Origin: Scyliorhinus canicula
Taxonomy: Eukaryota
Length of the DNA stretch: 64,000 bases
Assembly: GCF_902713615.1 (NCBI RefSeq)
Contig: NC_052147.1
Span: forward strand, 28,198,276-28,262,275
Direction: 5' to 3'
The first letter of the stretch is position 1. Each line of letters starts with the position of its first letter. A program made the translations under genes and the position numbers. Positions 61,796 to 64,000 of the stretch are shown here, in pieces. The notes under the pieces were generated by a model, which saw only the letters and a program-made list of their open reading frames with translations, did not search any database and had not been told where the DNA came from.

Positions 61796-62749
61796 ATTGT
61801 TTTCAGCCTGCACTCTAAACTCCATTCCCTAACTACTGATTCTGCCCTGGCAACAATCTGAGATTAAGGTAGTGTGATTGCAAACTTGGTTCCACATCTG
61901 ATCCCAACATGAGCTTCGATAACATATTTGAGCCATCAATAACACCATCTATTTCCACCCTCGTAATAACGCTCAGCTTTGGCCCTGTATCAGCCTCTGC
62001 GATTAAAACTGTCATTTGTGCCTTCATTACCTCCAGAGGTTATTATGAAGGCCCGCCTTCTCAACCTTGCCCCTCGCCTGAGGTGTGGTGATCTGCAGGT
62101 TAAATCACCGCCAGTCAGCTCTCCTTCTCAAAGGGGAAAGCAGCCTATGATCATCTGGGGCTAAGGCGACTTTACCTCTGGACATGACTGTTCCAACACA
62201 CTCCTAGCTGGTTTCCCACATTCTGCCCTTTGAACCTGAGGTCATACAAAACTCTGCTCCACATGTCTTTACCTGCACCAAGTCCCATTCCCCTATCACT
62301 CCTGTACTCACTGACCTTCACTGGGTTGTGTTTAAACAACATTGTGACCTTCAAGCTCACATCCTTGTTTTCAAATCCAATCATGGCCTGAGGAACATAG
62401 GAACAGGAGTAGGCCATTCAGACCCTTGAGCCTGTCCCAGCATTCAATGAGATCATGGCTGATCTGTGGCCTTATTCCATATACCTGTCTTTTCCCTCTC
62501 TATCCCTGTGATTTCCTCCAGCCCATAACCATCTGAGATATCTGTGCTCCTCTAACTCCAGCCTCTTGCCTACTCCCAATTTTCATTGCTCTACCATTTG
62601 GTGACTGTGCTTTCAGTTGCTTAGGCCCTAAGCCCTGGAAACTTCTTCTACTCCTCTGCATCTATCTTGTCCTATTTTAAGACATTCCTTAAATTTTACC
62701 TCTTGGATCAAGCTTTTGGACATCATTCTCCTAAAATCTGACTTAATAT

Positions 62750-63090
62750 GGGGCGGCACAGTGGAGAAGTGGTTTGCACTGCTGCCTCATAGTGCCAGGG
62801 ATCAGGGTTCAATTCAGCCTTGGGTGATTATCTGTGTGGAGTTTGCACATTCTCCCCATTTCTGCGTGGGTTTCCTCCAGGTGCTAGTGTTTCCTCCCAC
62901 AATCCAAAGATATGCAAATTAGTTGGATTGGCTATGCTAAATTGCCCCTTAGTGTCCAAAGATGTACAGGTGAGGTGGAGTAACAAGGATAGGGCGGGGG
63001 TTTGGGCCTAGGGTGCTCTTTCATAGTGTTGGTGCAGACTTGTTGGGCCGAATAGTCTCTTTCTGCACTGTAAGGATTCTATGGATTCTA
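62750..63090 (+). mobile_element. HE1-type SINE with CR1-like tail
   Basis: Homologous to 29294-29600. Confidence 0.82.
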
Positions 63091-64000
63091 TCTCCTTCTC
63101 TGACTTGGTGTTATATTTTGTTTTAAAATGCTCCTCTGAAGCACTTTGGAACGCCCTATTATGTTAAAGACACTATAAAAAGATACGTTGTTGTGGGTAA
63201 ACACATGCAGCTGCCTTTATTTTTAAGAGTGGAATGCAACAGGGTATAATTTAAATTACAACTGAATGAATACCACCCAAATGGATGAGTCTTGATGTTG
63301 AGAGATGTAGAAACTAAAATTTGATTAATTTTGTTTCCAAAGTTTGGTAGTCAACCAGCACTAAAATTATTTCCTTGTTGCAGTGCAGTACTATTTCATT
63401 AAGTAGAAATAGATTTGTTCACGGTAACAAGTAACAAATATGAAGTGTATATATTTCATTTTTTATTAATTATTGAAACTGCCATTGTGCCATTTTTTTA
63501 AACGTTTTTTGTAAACTGCACTCTTCATTTGTACAATGTTTATTTGAAGATGTTTTTATTTAAAACTATTTTCAGAACCATTATTATTACCTGTGTCATC
63601 ATGGGTAATTACTCCCACTTTCTCAAGGACAGTTAGGGGTGACTAATGAGCACTGGCCTTGCCGGTTACTCTTATTTCCCAGGAATCAATAAAAGAAAAG
63701 CCACTCCAAACTCCCGTTTGTTCATATTAAGCAGGAAAGCATTATTTCCACTCAAAATCACAGGATCTGATAATACGGATGAGAGGTTTATATGAAGTTA
63801 TTTGTCTCAAGTCTATGATACCTTATTTGCCTGCAACGTTTACAAGTTTATTTGGCTGATACCACTCAACATATTTGTTGCAATCCCAGTTGATGTAATA
63901 ACTGGTTGGGAAGATCTCAGAATGGAACCCTGGCTCAAAAGATGCAGAAGGACAGAGTCACAGGACCGCTAATAAGTTTTAACAACCAGAAAAAACATTT

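Overview
Repeat-rich vertebrate genomic DNA, very probably from a shark or other elasmobranch (HE1-type SINEs, CR1/HER1-type LINEs, Deu-domain SINEs). It is not prokaryotic, so most ORF-track entries are spurious or repeat-derived. Three spliced genes can be reconstructed with GT-AG junctions and consistent reading phases. PPP4R4 is on the minus strand (coding exons 1-2 at 18927-19016 and 16654-16727; the rest lies left of the window). DDX24 is on the plus strand, complete, with 8 coding exons from 26686 to 43216 (about 793 aa). An otubain at the OTUB2 position is on the minus strand, with 6 exons from about 60498 to 44366 (about 237 aa). PPP4R4 and DDX24 are head-to-head; DDX24 and OTUB2 are tail-to-tail. 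This matches the human 14q32 order, but no IFI27 cluster is recognisable. The most notable observations are: minimal hammerhead-ribozyme motifs in Penelope-like elements; an OTUB2-position gene with an OTUB1-like PGHYD catalytic loop; back-to-back poly(A) signals between DDX24 and OTUB2; a SINE-SINE-L1 composite inside one apparent TSD; one SINE head joined to three different tails; and several multilayer nested insertions. I found no evidence for a wholly new multi-gene system. Gene identities and comparisons with human rest on recalled sequences, not a database search.
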